A stretch of 64,000 bases of DNA from contig JAGFZV010000008.1 in the NCBI GenBank assembly GCA_017889545.1, positions 70,874-134,873 of the forward strand. The letters run 5' to 3'. Shown in pieces: positions 47,789-57,940 of this stretch. This DNA comes from Bacillota bacterium. Lineage in GTDB: Bacteria; Bacillota; Negativicutes; CTSoil-072. Made by a program: the position numbers and the translations under genes. Under the pieces are notes generated by a model that saw nothing but the letters and a program-made list of their open reading frames with translations, had not been told where the DNA came from and searched no databases. The stretch's first letter is position 1, and each line of letters starts with the position of its first letter.

Positions 47789-49298
47789 TTGTTTGGCCGG
47801 AACCTGCCATCAATAGGCCCAATTCGTCAAGATCGACTTCATTGGCCGGAAATTCACCTGCCAGGCGGCCGTCGAACAAAACGCCAATTCGGTCGGAAAG
47901 AGCCACCAGTTCATCGAGGTCTTCAGAAATCAGTAAAATGGCAGTATGGTTGGCTTTCAAATCTAACAGCAGTTGGTGGATATCATTTGTTGCGCCGATA
48001 TCCAAGCCCCGGGCAGGATACACAACAATCATCAAGCGGGGAATGGTCGCAATTTCCCGCGCCAAAAGTAATCGCTGTAAATTTCCGCCGGATAAAATTT
48101 TGACCGGTTGATGAAGGCTGGGTGTTTTGACATTATATTTTTCGACGAGTGCAGCGGCATTTTCTTCAATCGCCTTTGCATGAAGCAGCCATCGGCCCGA
48201 ATATTTGGGCTGCTGATAATTTTTCAACAATAAGTTTTCTATAATCGTTAAGTCCGGGACCAAACCCATTCCCAAACGGTCTTCCGGAACATAGCTGACG
48301 CCTTGATCCAGTATGGCAGAAGGGTTTAAATTTGTAATATCCTCGCCATGCAGGTGAATCGAACCTTTTTCTATATGGCGGAGTCCACAAATTGCTTCAG
48401 CCAGCTCGCGTTGCCCATTCCCAGTTACACCAGCCAAACCAAGAATCTCTCCTTCTCGCAGCGAAAGCGATAAGGCACGCAAGCCAAGACGGCCCATATC
48501 ATTGAGGACTTCGATCTGATCGACGTTTAATACGACTGGTCCAAGTTCAGTTTGTATTGGTTTCGAACGGCCGGCTAGATCGCGGCCGACCATTAGCTGC
48601 ACAAGTTGGTTGGGATTCAATTGGCTGCGTTCCATGCTGCCGGTTACTCGTCCTGCACGCAGGACCGTGACCCGATCAGCCAATTCCATTACTTCATTTA
48701 ATTTATGGGTAATAAAAATCACAGCACAGCCTTGCTCGGTCATTCGCCGCAAATTGCTGAATAACTCAGCCGTTTCCGGCGGAGTGAGAACCGCTGTCGG
48801 TTCGTCCATGATTAAAAGGCGGGAGCCTTGGTAAAGAATCCGCAAGATTTCTACCCGCTGTTTTTCGCCGACGGATAATTGCCAGACGTAAGCATTCGGA
48901 TTGACATGCAAACCGTATTTCGCTCCGAAACCGATAATTTCTTGCTTGATTTTTTCGGTTGATAGCCAAAAATCACCATTCTTTGCTCCCATGGTGATAT
49001 TTTCTGCGACAGTAAACGGCTCCACCAGCTTAAAATGTTGATGAATCATGCCGATGCCGCAGGCAATAGCATCACGGGGGGAACCGAATTTATGCTCTTC
49101 GCCGTCAATGATGATCCGTCCTGCGTTGGGCTGGTACAATCCATCCAGTACCGACATCAAAGTGCTTTTTCCGGATCCGTTTTCGCCTAGAAGGGCATGA
49201 ATTTCCCCGGGATAAATGGTCAGGTCAACCTGATCATTGGCAATTACGCCCGGGAAGCGTTTCACTATGCCTTGCATTTGAATAAAAGGTGTTGCCAT
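47763..49298 (-). CDS. ABC transporter ATP-binding protein with duplicated ATPase domains
   Basis: 511 aa; two Walker A motifs (GENGSGKST, GVTGNGQRE) and two ABC domains. Confidence 0.9.
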   Translation of the reverse strand: MATPFIQMQGIVKRFPGVIANDQVDLTIYPGEIHALLGENGSGKSTLMSVLDGLYQPNAGRIIIDGEEHKFGSPRDAIACGIGMIHQHFKLVEPFTVAENITMGAKNGDFWLSTEKIKQEIIGFGAKYGLHVNPNAYVWQLSVGEKQRVEILRILYQGSRLLIMDEPTAVLTPPETAELFSNLRRMTEQGCAVIFITHKLNEVMELADRVTVLRAGRVTGSMERSQLNPNQLVQLMVGRDLAGRSKPIQTELGPVVLNVDQIEVLNDMGRLGLRALSLSLREGEILGLAGVTGNGQRELAEAICGLRHIEKGSIHLHGEDITNLNPSAILDQGVSYVPEDRLGMGLVPDLTIIENLLLKNYQQPKYSGRWLLHAKAIEENAAALVEKYNVKTPSLHQPVKILSGGNLQRLLLAREIATIPRLMIVVYPARGLDIGATNDIHQLLLDLKANHTAILLISEDLDELVALSDRIGVLFDGRLAGEFPANEVDLDELGLLMAGSGQTNGGEPNAI

Positions 49299-49326
49299 TG
49301 TTTCCTCCAGTGTGCTTGAAATCGGG

Positions 49327-49376
49327 TTAAAAAATTAAAAAGAGAGCGACGGCAGGCGTATGCCTGCCTGCTCTCT
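49327..49376 (-). terminator. Intercistronic stem-loop between binding-protein and ATPase genes
   Basis: gagagcaggcaggcatacgcctgccgtcgctctc hairpin followed on the minus strand by a T-rich run. Confidence 0.5.
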
Positions 49377-49408
49377 GCAACCTCTGCAACGTAGGTAGGG
49401 ATAAAAAA

Positions 49409-50512
49409 CTATTTTGCAATCGTTCCTTCTACACCTTCCACAAACCAGTTAAACTGCAGCATATCTTGGTCGGACATTTTTGTACCTTCAGCAATTCGTA
49501 TTGCGCCGGATTGATCTTTTATCGGGCCGGTGAAAACATCCCATTGCCCGCTCAGGATTTTTTGTTTGGCGTCTTCAACAGCTTTTTTTGTTTCTTCAGT
49601 TACCATCGGTCCATATGGCGCTAAGCCGACGATGTTGTCTTTCATTGGGCCCCAGTACTGCTCAGATTTCCAAGTGCCTTTCTTCACAGCATCAACGACA
49701 TTGACATAATAAGGTCCCCAGTTCCAGACGGCAGAAGTCAAAACAGCTTTTGGCGCCATTTTGCTCATATCGGTATTATAGCCGATGCTAAACTTTCCAC
49801 GTTCTTCAGCGGCTTGCTGCGGCCCCGGAGTATCCTGGTGCTGTGCGATGACATCAGCACCGGCATCAAGCAAACTAAGTCCGGCTTGTTTTTCTTTTGC
49901 CGGATCATACCAGGTATTGGTCCAAATCACTTTTACTTTTGCATCCGGGTTTACAGAACGCACGCCAAGAGTGAAGGCGTTAATTCCGCGGATTACTTCC
50001 GGAATAGGATGTGCGGCAACGTAGCCGATTACATTCGATTTTGTCGCTTTACCGGCAACAATCCCGGAAAGGTACCGTGCTTGATAGATACGGCCAAAGT
50101 AGGTGCCAACGTTCGGTGCCGTTTTAAATCCGGAACAGTGCATGAATACAACATTGGGATATTTTTTGGAAACATTAATTGTTGGGTCCATATAGCCGAA
50201 ACTGGTGGTGAAAATAATTTTGTGGCCCTGTTCGGCAAGCTGCGTAATAACGCGCTCGGAATCAGCGCCTTCAGGGACGGATTCAATGATTGTCGTTTGG
50301 ACATCCGGCATTTTTTCCATTAAATATTTCCGGCCTTGATCATGTGCATAGGACCAACCGGCATCACCGACCGGACCAACATACACGAAAGCTACTTTTG
50401 TTTTTTCTGCTGCCGGCGCAGATGTTTTTTTGTCTGTGCCGCCGCAACCGGCCAGCAACAGAGCGGTTGACAGCAAACCAACCAGCATGACGAGCAGGTA
50501 CTTACTTTTCAT
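49409..50512 (-). CDS. BMP family ABC transporter substrate-binding lipoprotein
   Basis: Lipoprotein signal ...LLVMLVGLLSTALLLAGCGG; start 50512 preferred (track start 50539 also possible). Confidence 0.85.
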   Translation of the reverse strand: MKSKYLLVMLVGLLSTALLLAGCGGTDKKTSAPAAEKTKVAFVYVGPVGDAGWSYAHDQGRKYLMEKMPDVQTTIIESVPEGADSERVITQLAEQGHKIIFTTSFGYMDPTINVSKKYPNVVFMHCSGFKTAPNVGTYFGRIYQARYLSGIVAGKATKSNVIGYVAAHPIPEVIRGINAFTLGVRSVNPDAKVKVIWTNTWYDPAKEKQAGLSLLDAGADVIAQHQDTPGPQQAAEERGKFSIGYNTDMSKMAPKAVLTSAVWNWGPYYVNVVDAVKKGTWKSEQYWGPMKDNIVGLAPYGPMVTEETKKAVEDAKQKILSGQWDVFTGPIKDQSGAIRIAEGTKMSDQDMLQFNWFVEGVEGTIAK

Positions 50513-50713
50513 TATCGTCATTACCCTCCTAAGTTTCATTTTTTAAAACGCATTAATAAGCATGTATTCCATCTTATCTTGTTATTTACCTGCCAAAAAG
50601 GATGAAATTTTCGATAAAAACAGCGATTTTTACGAAGAAAAATTCAAAAAAAACTGGCTCAGGCATTTTGCGCAGAACCAGCGAAGCGATAGGTTATCAT
50701 CTTTTACTACAAG

Positions 50714-51562
50714 TCACACACTTAAAATGATATTATCGATTAAACGTGTTTTTCCAAAGCGAACCGCCAGAGCCAGCAATGCTTTGTTCGCCAGCACGTC
50801 AGTTGCTTGTAAATCCGGATACTGATAAATTTCAACATAATCAATTTCTGCTTTAGGCTCAGACTGGATTTTATTTCGCACCATGTCCCGAATTGCGGCA
50901 ATGTTACGCTCGCCGGCTTTTACAGCATGATCAGCCAATCGCATGCTTTGGGCAAGAACCAGCGCTGCCTGGATTTCTTCCGGCGATAAATAGGCGTTGC
51001 GCGAGCTAAGCGCCAGACCATTCGCGTCACGGACGGTCGGAACCATAACAATCTGAATATCCATGTTCAAATCAGCGGTCATTCGCTGAATAACCAGACA
51101 TTGCTGGGCATCTTTTTGGCCAAAGAATGCAGTGTCCGGCTGCACAATATTAAATAATTTGGTGACGACGGTGGCAACACCCTGAAAATGTCCTGGACGG
51201 GATTGTCCGCAAAGTTTATCGGTAATTCCGCTCACATTTACATAGGTTGAATAACCAGGCGGATACATCTCGGAAGGCTGCGGATGAAAAATGGCATCCA
51301 CGCCAACTCCTTGTGCCAGACGGCAATCATTTTCGAATTTGCGGGGATAAGCGGCAAAGTCTTCGTTTGGGCCAAACTGCGTGGGATTAACAAAGATGCT
51401 TGCAACCACAACGTCACAGACGGCCTTTGCTTCCCGCATTAACGTAAGATGACCTTCATGCAGGGCGCCCATTGTTGGGACCAGTCCGATCTTCTTGCCG
51501 GCAAACCGGGCTTCTTTAATGTAAGCGCGCATGACATCAATCGTTTCAATGACTTTGATCAT
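50714..51562 (-). CDS. panC: Pantoate--beta-alanine ligase
   Basis: MIKVIETIDVMRAYIKEAR...GLVPTMGALHEGHLTLM (HIGH-type motif); ATG 51562 with SD AAAGGAG. Confidence 0.9.
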   Translation of the reverse strand: MIKVIETIDVMRAYIKEARFAGKKIGLVPTMGALHEGHLTLMREAKAVCDVVVASIFVNPTQFGPNEDFAAYPRKFENDCRLAQGVGVDAIFHPQPSEMYPPGYSTYVNVSGITDKLCGQSRPGHFQGVATVVTKLFNIVQPDTAFFGQKDAQQCLVIQRMTADLNMDIQIVMVPTVRDANGLALSSRNAYLSPEEIQAALVLAQSMRLADHAVKAGERNIAAIRDMVRNKIQSEPKAEIDYVEIYQYPDLQATDVLANKALLALAVRFGKTRLIDNIILSV

Positions 51563-51573
51563 AATGGCTCCTT

Positions 51574-52456
51574 TCATTTTCCCAGTGTAATGGATAGGTC
51601 CATAGCTTGTTGCTCAGTGATGGAGGCTTTCTCAAGCGCAATTTGGAGTGTATATAAACCAAGAACTTTATACAATTCCGTTTCACCGTTGTTGAATTCA
51701 GATAACGCTTTAAAATGGCCTTCAATTGTCGGGAGATCACCGCGGCTGATCGGTCCGGTCAATGCATCCGGCAGCCCGACTTTTTGCAAATTGGCGAGAG
51801 TTCCCTGAATTAAAGGCGCTAACGCGTGCAAGGCATTTGTAGAAGACAGTCCGAATTTTTCATACATTTTTGCTGCGCAATAGGTCAGAGAAACCAAATA
51901 ATTTGAAGCCACACAAGCTGCTGCATGATAGAGCGCCCGGTCTTTGGCGGGGACAAAAAAGCTATGCCCGCCTAAAACGGCGATAATTTTCTGGCCGCAA
52001 GCGATTGCTTGTTCATCACCGTCCAGCGCAAAGTAGGAACCGGGAAGATTTGTCTTTGCCGTTTCAATATCCGCAAAGGACTGCAATGGATGGATTGACC
52101 CGGTAAAGGCGCCAAGAAGCTGTGCCGGCTTAAGAACTTCGGCAGACATGGATCCGCAGGTATGAAAGACAGATTGTTCCGGGCGAAAACCGCCACCCGC
52201 GGCAATCGCCGAGACAACTTCACCGATGAAACGATCCGGCACGGTAAGAAAGACCAGATCAGCGTCAAGCGTGACAGCTTCAGGCGAGACAGCTGCAATG
52301 GCTCCAGGAAACTGGTCCGCCAGACGGGATGCGGATTGCTGTGTCCGGCTGGCAATTCCGGTGATTGGATATCCTCGGCAATAAAGCAGCGTTGCCAAAG
52401 CACTGCCAACTTTGCCTGCGCCAATGATGGCAATAGAAGGTTTTTTCAGACGTCAT
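51574..52456 (-). CDS. DUF2520 Rossmann-fold oxidoreductase-like protein (possible ketopantoate reductase); apparent frameshift or non-AUG start near N-terminus
   Basis: Main frame encodes ...KKPSIAIIGAGKVGSALATLLYCRGYP... with C-terminal DUF2520-like domain; ATG 52456 with SD GGAGGG is in +1 frame and merges only if the A6 run 52441-52446 is read as A5. Confidence 0.6.
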
Positions 52457-52492
52457 CCCTCCTCTTGCAGGGAACCGTCGACTGCTGGAAGT

Positions 52493-52523
52493 AAAAAAGC
52501 CTTTCGGACAAAATCCGAAAGGC
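52493..52523 (-). terminator. Terminator-like hairpin in the 5' leader of the DUF2520-panC operon
   Basis: Minus strand: gcctttcgg/attttgt/ccgaaaggc followed by TTTTTT, about 40 nt upstream of the SD. Confidence 0.45.
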
Positions 52524-52852
52524 AGGGGAATCCCTTCAAGCCCTTCCGTCTCAGTCACTTCGGATCCAAGCGGATAAAAAATTTCCAGATTACCATATGA
52601 TCAGATATGGCGTACCGTACATTGTGCAGCTCGCATGGATGCCGCCAAAATACACCAATATCAGCCTAAAAGTAACATGGGTAAAGTATTTTGTCAATAC
52701 AATCGCGAAAGATCAGAAAAAAATTTGCATTTTCTTTTCTGATGGTGCTATAATAATTAAGTCTAGGACAACATTATAGGTTTCAAATTTCGGTTTGTGA
52801 ACCTTCCCTGCCCCGCTTGAGGGGCCATTAGTCCAGAGGAGGAGGTGATTTC

Positions 52853-53137
52853 GTGAAAAATTACGAAATTATGTTTATTGTAAAACCGTTGGAAGAAGAA
52901 GCGACAAATGCGGTGATTACCAAATTTGAAACGCTGATTACTGTAAACGGCGGGACTGTCGAAAAAATTGACCGGTGGGGCAAACGTCGTTTGGCCTATG
53001 AAGTCAAAGACTTCATCGATGGTTTCTATGTTCTGATGCATTTTGCGTGTGAACCGAAAGTGATTGCAGAACTTGACCGTGTAATGAAAATTACCGAAGA
53101 TATCATTAAACACATGATTATTCGCAAGGAAGAATAG
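52853..53137 (+). CDS. rpsF: 30S ribosomal protein S6
   Basis: MKNYEIMFIVKP... 94 aa; GTG start with SD GGAGGAGGTG; followed by ssb and rpsR. Confidence 0.95.
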   Translation: MKNYEIMFIVKPLEEEATNAVITKFETLITVNGGTVEKIDRWGKRRLAYEVKDFIDGFYVLMHFACEPKVIAELDRVMKITEDIIKHMIIRKEE

Positions 53138-53155
53138 TCCAGGGGGAATGATTCC

Positions 53156-53572
53156 GTGAACAAGGTGATCTTGGTAGGGCGTTTAACCAGAGATCCTGAT
53201 GTCAGAACGACTCAAACGGGTAGATTTGTGGCTTCTTTTACGTTAGCTGTTGATCGGATCGTGGCAAAAGGCGCTGAACAGCAGACCGACTTCATTCCAG
53301 TGGTGGCATGGGGTCAGTTGGCCGAACTTATTGGTAATCATGTGGCCAAAGGGCACAGATTGCTGGTGGATGGTCGTATGCAGGTTCGGACTTATGAAAA
53401 AGACGGTCAGAAACGATGGGTAACGGAAGTTATTGCTCAGAACGTTGAGTTTTTAGAACGAAAAGGCCAAGCCCCTGTGGGAGGCGGTCTGTCCGATTCG
53501 CAATCAAGCGGTTCGGATGATATCAGTTCTTTTGGCAAGGATGTTTTCCCGGGAGAGGAAATACCATTTTAA
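53156..53572 (+). CDS. ssb: Single-stranded DNA-binding protein
   Basis: OB-fold N-terminus MNKVILVGRLTRDPDVR...; acidic C-terminal tail ...DDISSFGKDVFPGEEIPF. Confidence 0.95.
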   Translation: MNKVILVGRLTRDPDVRTTQTGRFVASFTLAVDRIVAKGAEQQTDFIPVVAWGQLAELIGNHVAKGHRLLVDGRMQVRTYEKDGQKRWVTEVIAQNVEFLERKGQAPVGGGLSDSQSSGSDDISSFGKDVFPGEEIPF

Positions 53573-53585
53573 TAGGAGGTAAATC

Positions 53586-53819
53586 TTGGTGAAACGAGAA
53601 AGAGGCAGAAAACCGAAAAAGAAAGTCTGTAGTTTCTGCGTTGACAAAGTTGAAGCCATTGATTATAAAGATGTTCCCAAATTGCGCCGTTATGTTACGG
53701 AACGCGGAAAAATTTTACCGCGCCGTATTTCCGGTAATTGCGCAAAACATCAACGTCAATTGACTTTAGCTATTAAACGGGCGCGCAATATTGCGTTGCT
53801 GCCGTTTACTGCAGAATAA
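53586..53819 (+). CDS. rpsR: 30S ribosomal protein S18
   Basis: 77 aa, ...[60 protein letters not shown]. Confidence 0.95.
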   Translation: MVKRERGRKPKKKVCSFCVDKVEAIDYKDVPKLRRYVTERGKILPRRISGNCAKHQRQLTLAIKRARNIALLPFTAE

Positions 53820-53848
53820 ACACAGCGACAATGTTTTATCAGTTCTAA

Positions 53849-53890
53849 AGGGCAGGAATGCAGAGATTATCTGTGTTCTTGCCCTTTGTT
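53849..53890 (+). terminator. Intrinsic terminator after rpsR
   Basis: aagggcaggaa / loop / ttcttgccctt followed by TGTTC. Confidence 0.65.
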
Positions 53891-53977
53891 CGCATTCATG
53901 GCCATAAAACTCAAACGCATGGTCTTATTGCTTATCAATAACATTCTGCAAATAATTACGGCCTATTTAGAAGGAAA

Positions 53978-55210
53978 ATGCTTCATCACGCTGGAATTTT
54001 ATTAACACATAGGCTAGCATTGCAGCTAGCTGTATTTCTTTTGGTTCGCAGGACGGTGATTGAGTTGGGGCAATACCGAACGTTTTTATTCGGCCTTGTT
54101 GTTGGTCTGTGTTGGTTTTCTTTATATGCTTGCATCCCGGTATTAGCTCCTTATGCGCAAGAAATGGGAGCCTCCTATGAAATGATTGGTCTGATCATTG
54201 GCGGTTATGGCTTATCGCAGATGTTAATGCGAATCCCTTTGGGCATTTTATCAGATAGACTGAATCAACGGAAAATTTTTGTCATCATCAGTATGTTGCT
54301 GTGTATGATCAGCAGCATGGGGATATGGTTTTTCCCTGATGTTCAGGCGTTGTTGATTTTTCGTTCGATTGCAGGCCTTGCGGCATCCGTTTGGGTAATT
54401 CAGTCTGTGCTGTACGCAAGCTACTTTCCTGTCGCGCAACTGTCCCGGGCAATGGGCAATATTTCGGCGATCTGTTATGCTGGTCAGATGATAGGATTTC
54501 TATTTGGCGGAATAACAGCCTATTATTTGGGCGCTGCTGCCATTTTTTTGGTGGGAACGATTTCCGGAGCGCTTGGTTTCGTCTTAAGTTGTTTTATTGT
54601 AGAGACTAAGTCTGATAGCCGCCAGACGATCCGCTGGATAGACCTATTGGCGACAGCCCGTGACAAGCGACTGAATTTAACGGCATTGCTTGCCGCTTTG
54701 CTGCAGTTCATGGCTTTCGCGACAGTGTTTGGCTTCACCTCACTGGTTGCTAAGAAGATTGGCGCGAATGATTTGGAATTAGGAATGATGACGACCTTGT
54801 ATATTTTGCCGGGCATCGTGGCTTCCGTGCTGAGCGGACCATTTTTTGCCGCACGTTTTGGCGAAAAGAAACCGTTGACGATCAGCTTTGTTGTTTCTGC
54901 AGTTTCTTGTGTCGTCACGCCGTTTATCAGTAGTATCCCTGTTTTGTATCTTTGGCAGATTATCGGCGGCTTTGCCCGTGGGTTGGCCTTTCCGCTGCTG
55001 ATGAGTCTCAGTATCCAGCACATCGCAAATGAAAAGAGAGCAACGGCGATGGGGTATTTTCAGGCTATTTATGGTTTGGGAATGTTTCTCGGGCCAATGA
55101 CAGCAGGATGGACAGGCGCTCACTTAGGACTCGACTGGGTTTTCGTGATTATTGGCGGGATTACGCTAACTGGCGCGGCGATAACGAAGGCTTACTTGAA
55201 GGAAACATAA
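53978..55210 (+). CDS. MFS transporter
   Basis: 410 aa, about 12 TM helices; exact start uncertain. Confidence 0.8.
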   Translation: MLHHAGILLTHRLALQLAVFLLVRRTVIELGQYRTFLFGLVVGLCWFSLYACIPVLAPYAQEMGASYEMIGLIIGGYGLSQMLMRIPLGILSDRLNQRKIFVIISMLLCMISSMGIWFFPDVQALLIFRSIAGLAASVWVIQSVLYASYFPVAQLSRAMGNISAICYAGQMIGFLFGGITAYYLGAAAIFLVGTISGALGFVLSCFIVETKSDSRQTIRWIDLLATARDKRLNLTALLAALLQFMAFATVFGFTSLVAKKIGANDLELGMMTTLYILPGIVASVLSGPFFAARFGEKKPLTISFVVSAVSCVVTPFISSIPVLYLWQIIGGFARGLAFPLLMSLSIQHIANEKRATAMGYFQAIYGLGMFLGPMTAGWTGAHLGLDWVFVIIGGITLTGAAITKAYLKET

Positions 55211-55226
55211 AGGAAGGGGCACGCTG

Positions 55227-56384
55227 ATGAAGCCGTTGTTAAAATGGCCGGGCGGAAAGACGGGGGAAATGAAAGTGATTGAGCAATTCATTCCCCGCTA
55301 TGAACGATATATTGAACCTTTTTTCGGCGGCGGCGCTGTTTTTTTTCATCTGCCACCGGGAAAAGCTGTTCTCAACGATATATCAAAAAACCTAACGGAT
55401 TTTTATACTTTGGTCAAGAAACAGGATTCGCAGTTTGAACGTGCATTGTATTCTTATAATCAATCCTGGAAGTTGGTTGGCGATTATTTTGACTCCGTAT
55501 TCCCGGAGCTTTCCACAGCTTATCAAAAATTCCGGAGAGGAACCTTAGCTGACGAGGAGTTAAATTCAGAAATTATAAGCGCACTGGCCAGATCGTATTC
55601 ATTATTCGTAACGCTTTTTTCGCAATCGGTGATTGGGGACAGTGAAAAATTATTCGGGGAAATACAACACAATTGCATAGATAAGATAAGACGAATGATT
55701 CAATTGGAACATAAAATGCAGCAAGAATTGCATGCCGGCGACTTGAAAGATAATATGGAAACGGGGTTTCGGAGAGGATTTTATGTTCATGCCCGTAATC
55801 TCTATAATGCCATTGCCTTACGCGCAGAAATTGCGGATCAGATATCGGCTGAGGAGAAAGCGGCCAATTTTTATTTTATCAGGGAATATTGTTATGGATC
55901 CATGTTTCGGTATAATCGCAGCGGAGAATTTAACATACCGTATGGCGGCATTGCATACAATAAAAAAAATTTTACCAGGAAGATTGACCGTTTATTTCAA
56001 CCGGAAACAAAAACCTATTTTCAGCAAGCAGATATTTACAATATGGACTTTGAGTCTTTTCTCATGTCAATTGACCCCTCGGAAGAAGATTTTATTTTTT
56101 TAGATCCCCCGTATGATTCCGATTTTTCCGATTATGAAGGCTTGTCGTTTGGCAGGAACGATCAACTCAGATTAGCCAACTTATTGGGAAAAATGCAGGC
56201 GAAGTTTATTCTGGTGATAAAAAATACGGATTATATTATTGATTTGTACCAACCCAGAAGACACCTGATGATCCTGGATTTTGACAAACAATATGCTTAT
56301 AATGTCAAAAGCAGGAATAATCGGGATGTGAACCACCTGATCATTACGAATTGTCATGCACCAACAAAACGGAACGGATGGTGA
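55227..56384 (+). CDS. Dam-like (D12 class) N6-adenine DNA methyltransferase, orphan
   Basis: 385 aa; motifs LLKWPGGK, EPFFGGGAVFF and FLDPPYDS in D12 order; about 100-aa insert between motif I and DPPY; gene visibly more AT-rich than neighbours; no nuclease gene adjacent. Confidence 0.8.
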   Translation: MKPLLKWPGGKTGEMKVIEQFIPRYERYIEPFFGGGAVFFHLPPGKAVLNDISKNLTDFYTLVKKQDSQFERALYSYNQSWKLVGDYFDSVFPELSTAYQKFRRGTLADEELNSEIISALARSYSLFVTLFSQSVIGDSEKLFGEIQHNCIDKIRRMIQLEHKMQQELHAGDLKDNMETGFRRGFYVHARNLYNAIALRAEIADQISAEEKAANFYFIREYCYGSMFRYNRSGEFNIPYGGIAYNKKNFTRKIDRLFQPETKTYFQQADIYNMDFESFLMSIDPSEEDFIFLDPPYDSDFSDYEGLSFGRNDQLRLANLLGKMQAKFILVIKNTDYIIDLYQPRRHLMILDFDKQYAYNVKSRNNRDVNHLIITNCHAPTKRNGW

Positions 56385-56477
56385 TCATTGTTTTAAATAT
56401 TCGGATAATTAGAGGAATTCTTGCTTTCCTAGCGAAAAGATGAATTACAATGGTAAAATGATAAGGAGGTAGGTTGT

Positions 56478-56966
56478 ATGCCGGAAGAATCCTTGTCGAT
56501 CCTGGACGCCATCGGGTTTGCTGTAGAACTGGAGGCGCGCGGAGTCCAATTCTATCGGGAAGCTGCCAAGCGAACGGAGAATGATGATCAGCGGAACCTG
56601 GTTTTGTTTTTGATGGGCCAAACGAATCACCATTTGGAGGGCGTCAAAAAAATTCTAGAACATGTTCGGTCGCAACGTCAGGATGTTGGCGCGTTAGATT
56701 TGGAAACGGCCCGCTATCTTTCTTCGATCGGTCATAACATCAGTTTTCCTTCCGAGGCCAAGGCCGCAGAGCGGATTGCTGAGTGCACATCGATTTCGCA
56801 GATTTTGGGCGTGGCGATACAAGGTGAAAAAGATTCTTTGTCTTTATACAAAGAAATTGCTGATAAGGCAATTGATGCTGAAGTAAAGAAAGTTTTTCGG
56901 GCATTAAAAGCGGAAGAACAGGTTCACGTAGAGAAGCTGAGCGAGATGCTGTCAGGCTGGGGATGA
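56478..56966 (+). CDS. Ferritin-like/rubrerythrin-like four-helix-bundle protein
   Basis: 162 aa, helical, E-x-x-H motif (EEQVHVEKL) in second half; first-half motif degenerate. Confidence 0.5.
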   Translation: MPEESLSILDAIGFAVELEARGVQFYREAAKRTENDDQRNLVLFLMGQTNHHLEGVKKILEHVRSQRQDVGALDLETARYLSSIGHNISFPSEAKAAERIAECTSISQILGVAIQGEKDSLSLYKEIADKAIDAEVKKVFRALKAEEQVHVEKLSEMLSGWG

Positions 56967-57051
56967 TGTGACAATCTAATTTAAAAGGGTTTTCGCTGGA
57001 CAAAAGCACAAAAGAATGGTTTAATATTTCATGAAGCTCTGAGTCAGTGGT

Positions 57052-57085
57052 GACTCTCCTGGAAAATTATCAGGAGAGTCTTTTC
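57052..57085 (+). terminator. Intrinsic terminator after the ferritin-like gene
   Basis: gactctcctg / gaaaattat / caggagagtc followed by TTTTCG. Confidence 0.75.
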
Positions 57086-57163
57086 GTATGTAGTGCAGGC
57101 AACGGCGCAAGAGTTAAGTTTGATTATTCTACAGTAGGTCAGTGAGTGGAGGGGATGATAGGC

Positions 57164-57940
57164 GTGGGGAAAAAAGTATTTCAACTGGCTAAGGTGGAGG
57201 ATAACCGGGCAGTAAATCCGGGAGTGTTTCAATTAATTTTACATTCGCCTGACGTAGCTGCAGAAGCGTTGCCGGGCCAATTCGTCATGTTAGGGTTGAG
57301 TGGTTTGAACCGGGACCCGCTTTTAAAAAGGCCGTACAGCATCGCCGGTGCGGAAAAAGGGACGGGTAAGGTGAGAATCATTTACCGGGTTGTCGGGCGC
57401 GGAACGGAAGGCTTGTCGCATAAACAGCCTGGAGAAATGTTGGAAATCATTGGGCCGCTTGGCCATGGCTTCGATATTGCCGGCAAGAAAACGCTGCTGG
57501 TTGGCGGTGGGATGGGGCTGGCGCCGCTTCTTTTTGCCGCGCAAACCATCTGCCCTGGTTCGCTGGAAGTGCTGGCTGGAGGAAGAAGCAAAAATGAGAT
57601 GTTTTGGCAGGACCTTTTCCAGAGCTCTTGCAATAAAATCCATATTACTACGGATGACGGCACATTCGGAGCATGTGGAACGTGTGTTGATATTTTACCG
57701 CAAATCGCCAGGGGCGGCGAGTTTGATTCGATTTTGACTTGCGGACCATTGCCAATGCTAAGGGGTGTAGCCGCCTACGCAATAGAACATAATATCCCCT
57801 GTCAAGTGTCGTTGGAACAGCATATGGCATGCGGGTTTGGCGCTTGCCTAACTTGTACCTGCGCTACAAAAAATGGTGGGAATGCCCAGGTATGCAAACA
57901 TGGGCCGGTATTTAAAGCCGGGGAGGTGGATTTATGTTAA
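57164..57940 (+). CDS. pyrK: Dihydroorotate dehydrogenase electron-transfer subunit
   Basis: FAD/NAD-binding fold plus C-terminal 2Fe-2S motif CGFGACLTCTC...C; GTG 57164 preferred (SD GGAGGGG); track start 57146. Confidence 0.8.
   Translation: MGKKVFQLAKVEDNRAVNPGVFQLILHSPDVAAEALPGQFVMLGLSGLNRDPLLKRPYSIAGAEKGTGKVRIIYRVVGRGTEGLSHKQPGEMLEIIGPLGHGFDIAGKKTLLVGGGMGLAPLLFAAQTICPGSLEVLAGGRSKNEMFWQDLFQSSCNKIHITTDDGTFGACGTCVDILPQIARGGEFDSILTCGPLPMLRGVAAYAIEHNIPCQVSLEQHMACGFGACLTCTCATKNGGNAQVCKHGPVFKAGEVDLC

Noticed and set aside
52597-52779. 60-aa ORF between the DUF2520 gene and rpsF
   Set aside because: Overlaps the rpsF promoter region, has no SD and an implausible sequence.
55227-56966. Methyltransferase as part of a restriction-modification system
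   Set aside because: No adjacent gene with nuclease or specificity-subunit features; neighbours are an MFS transporter and a ferritin-like protein, so it is treated as orphan.
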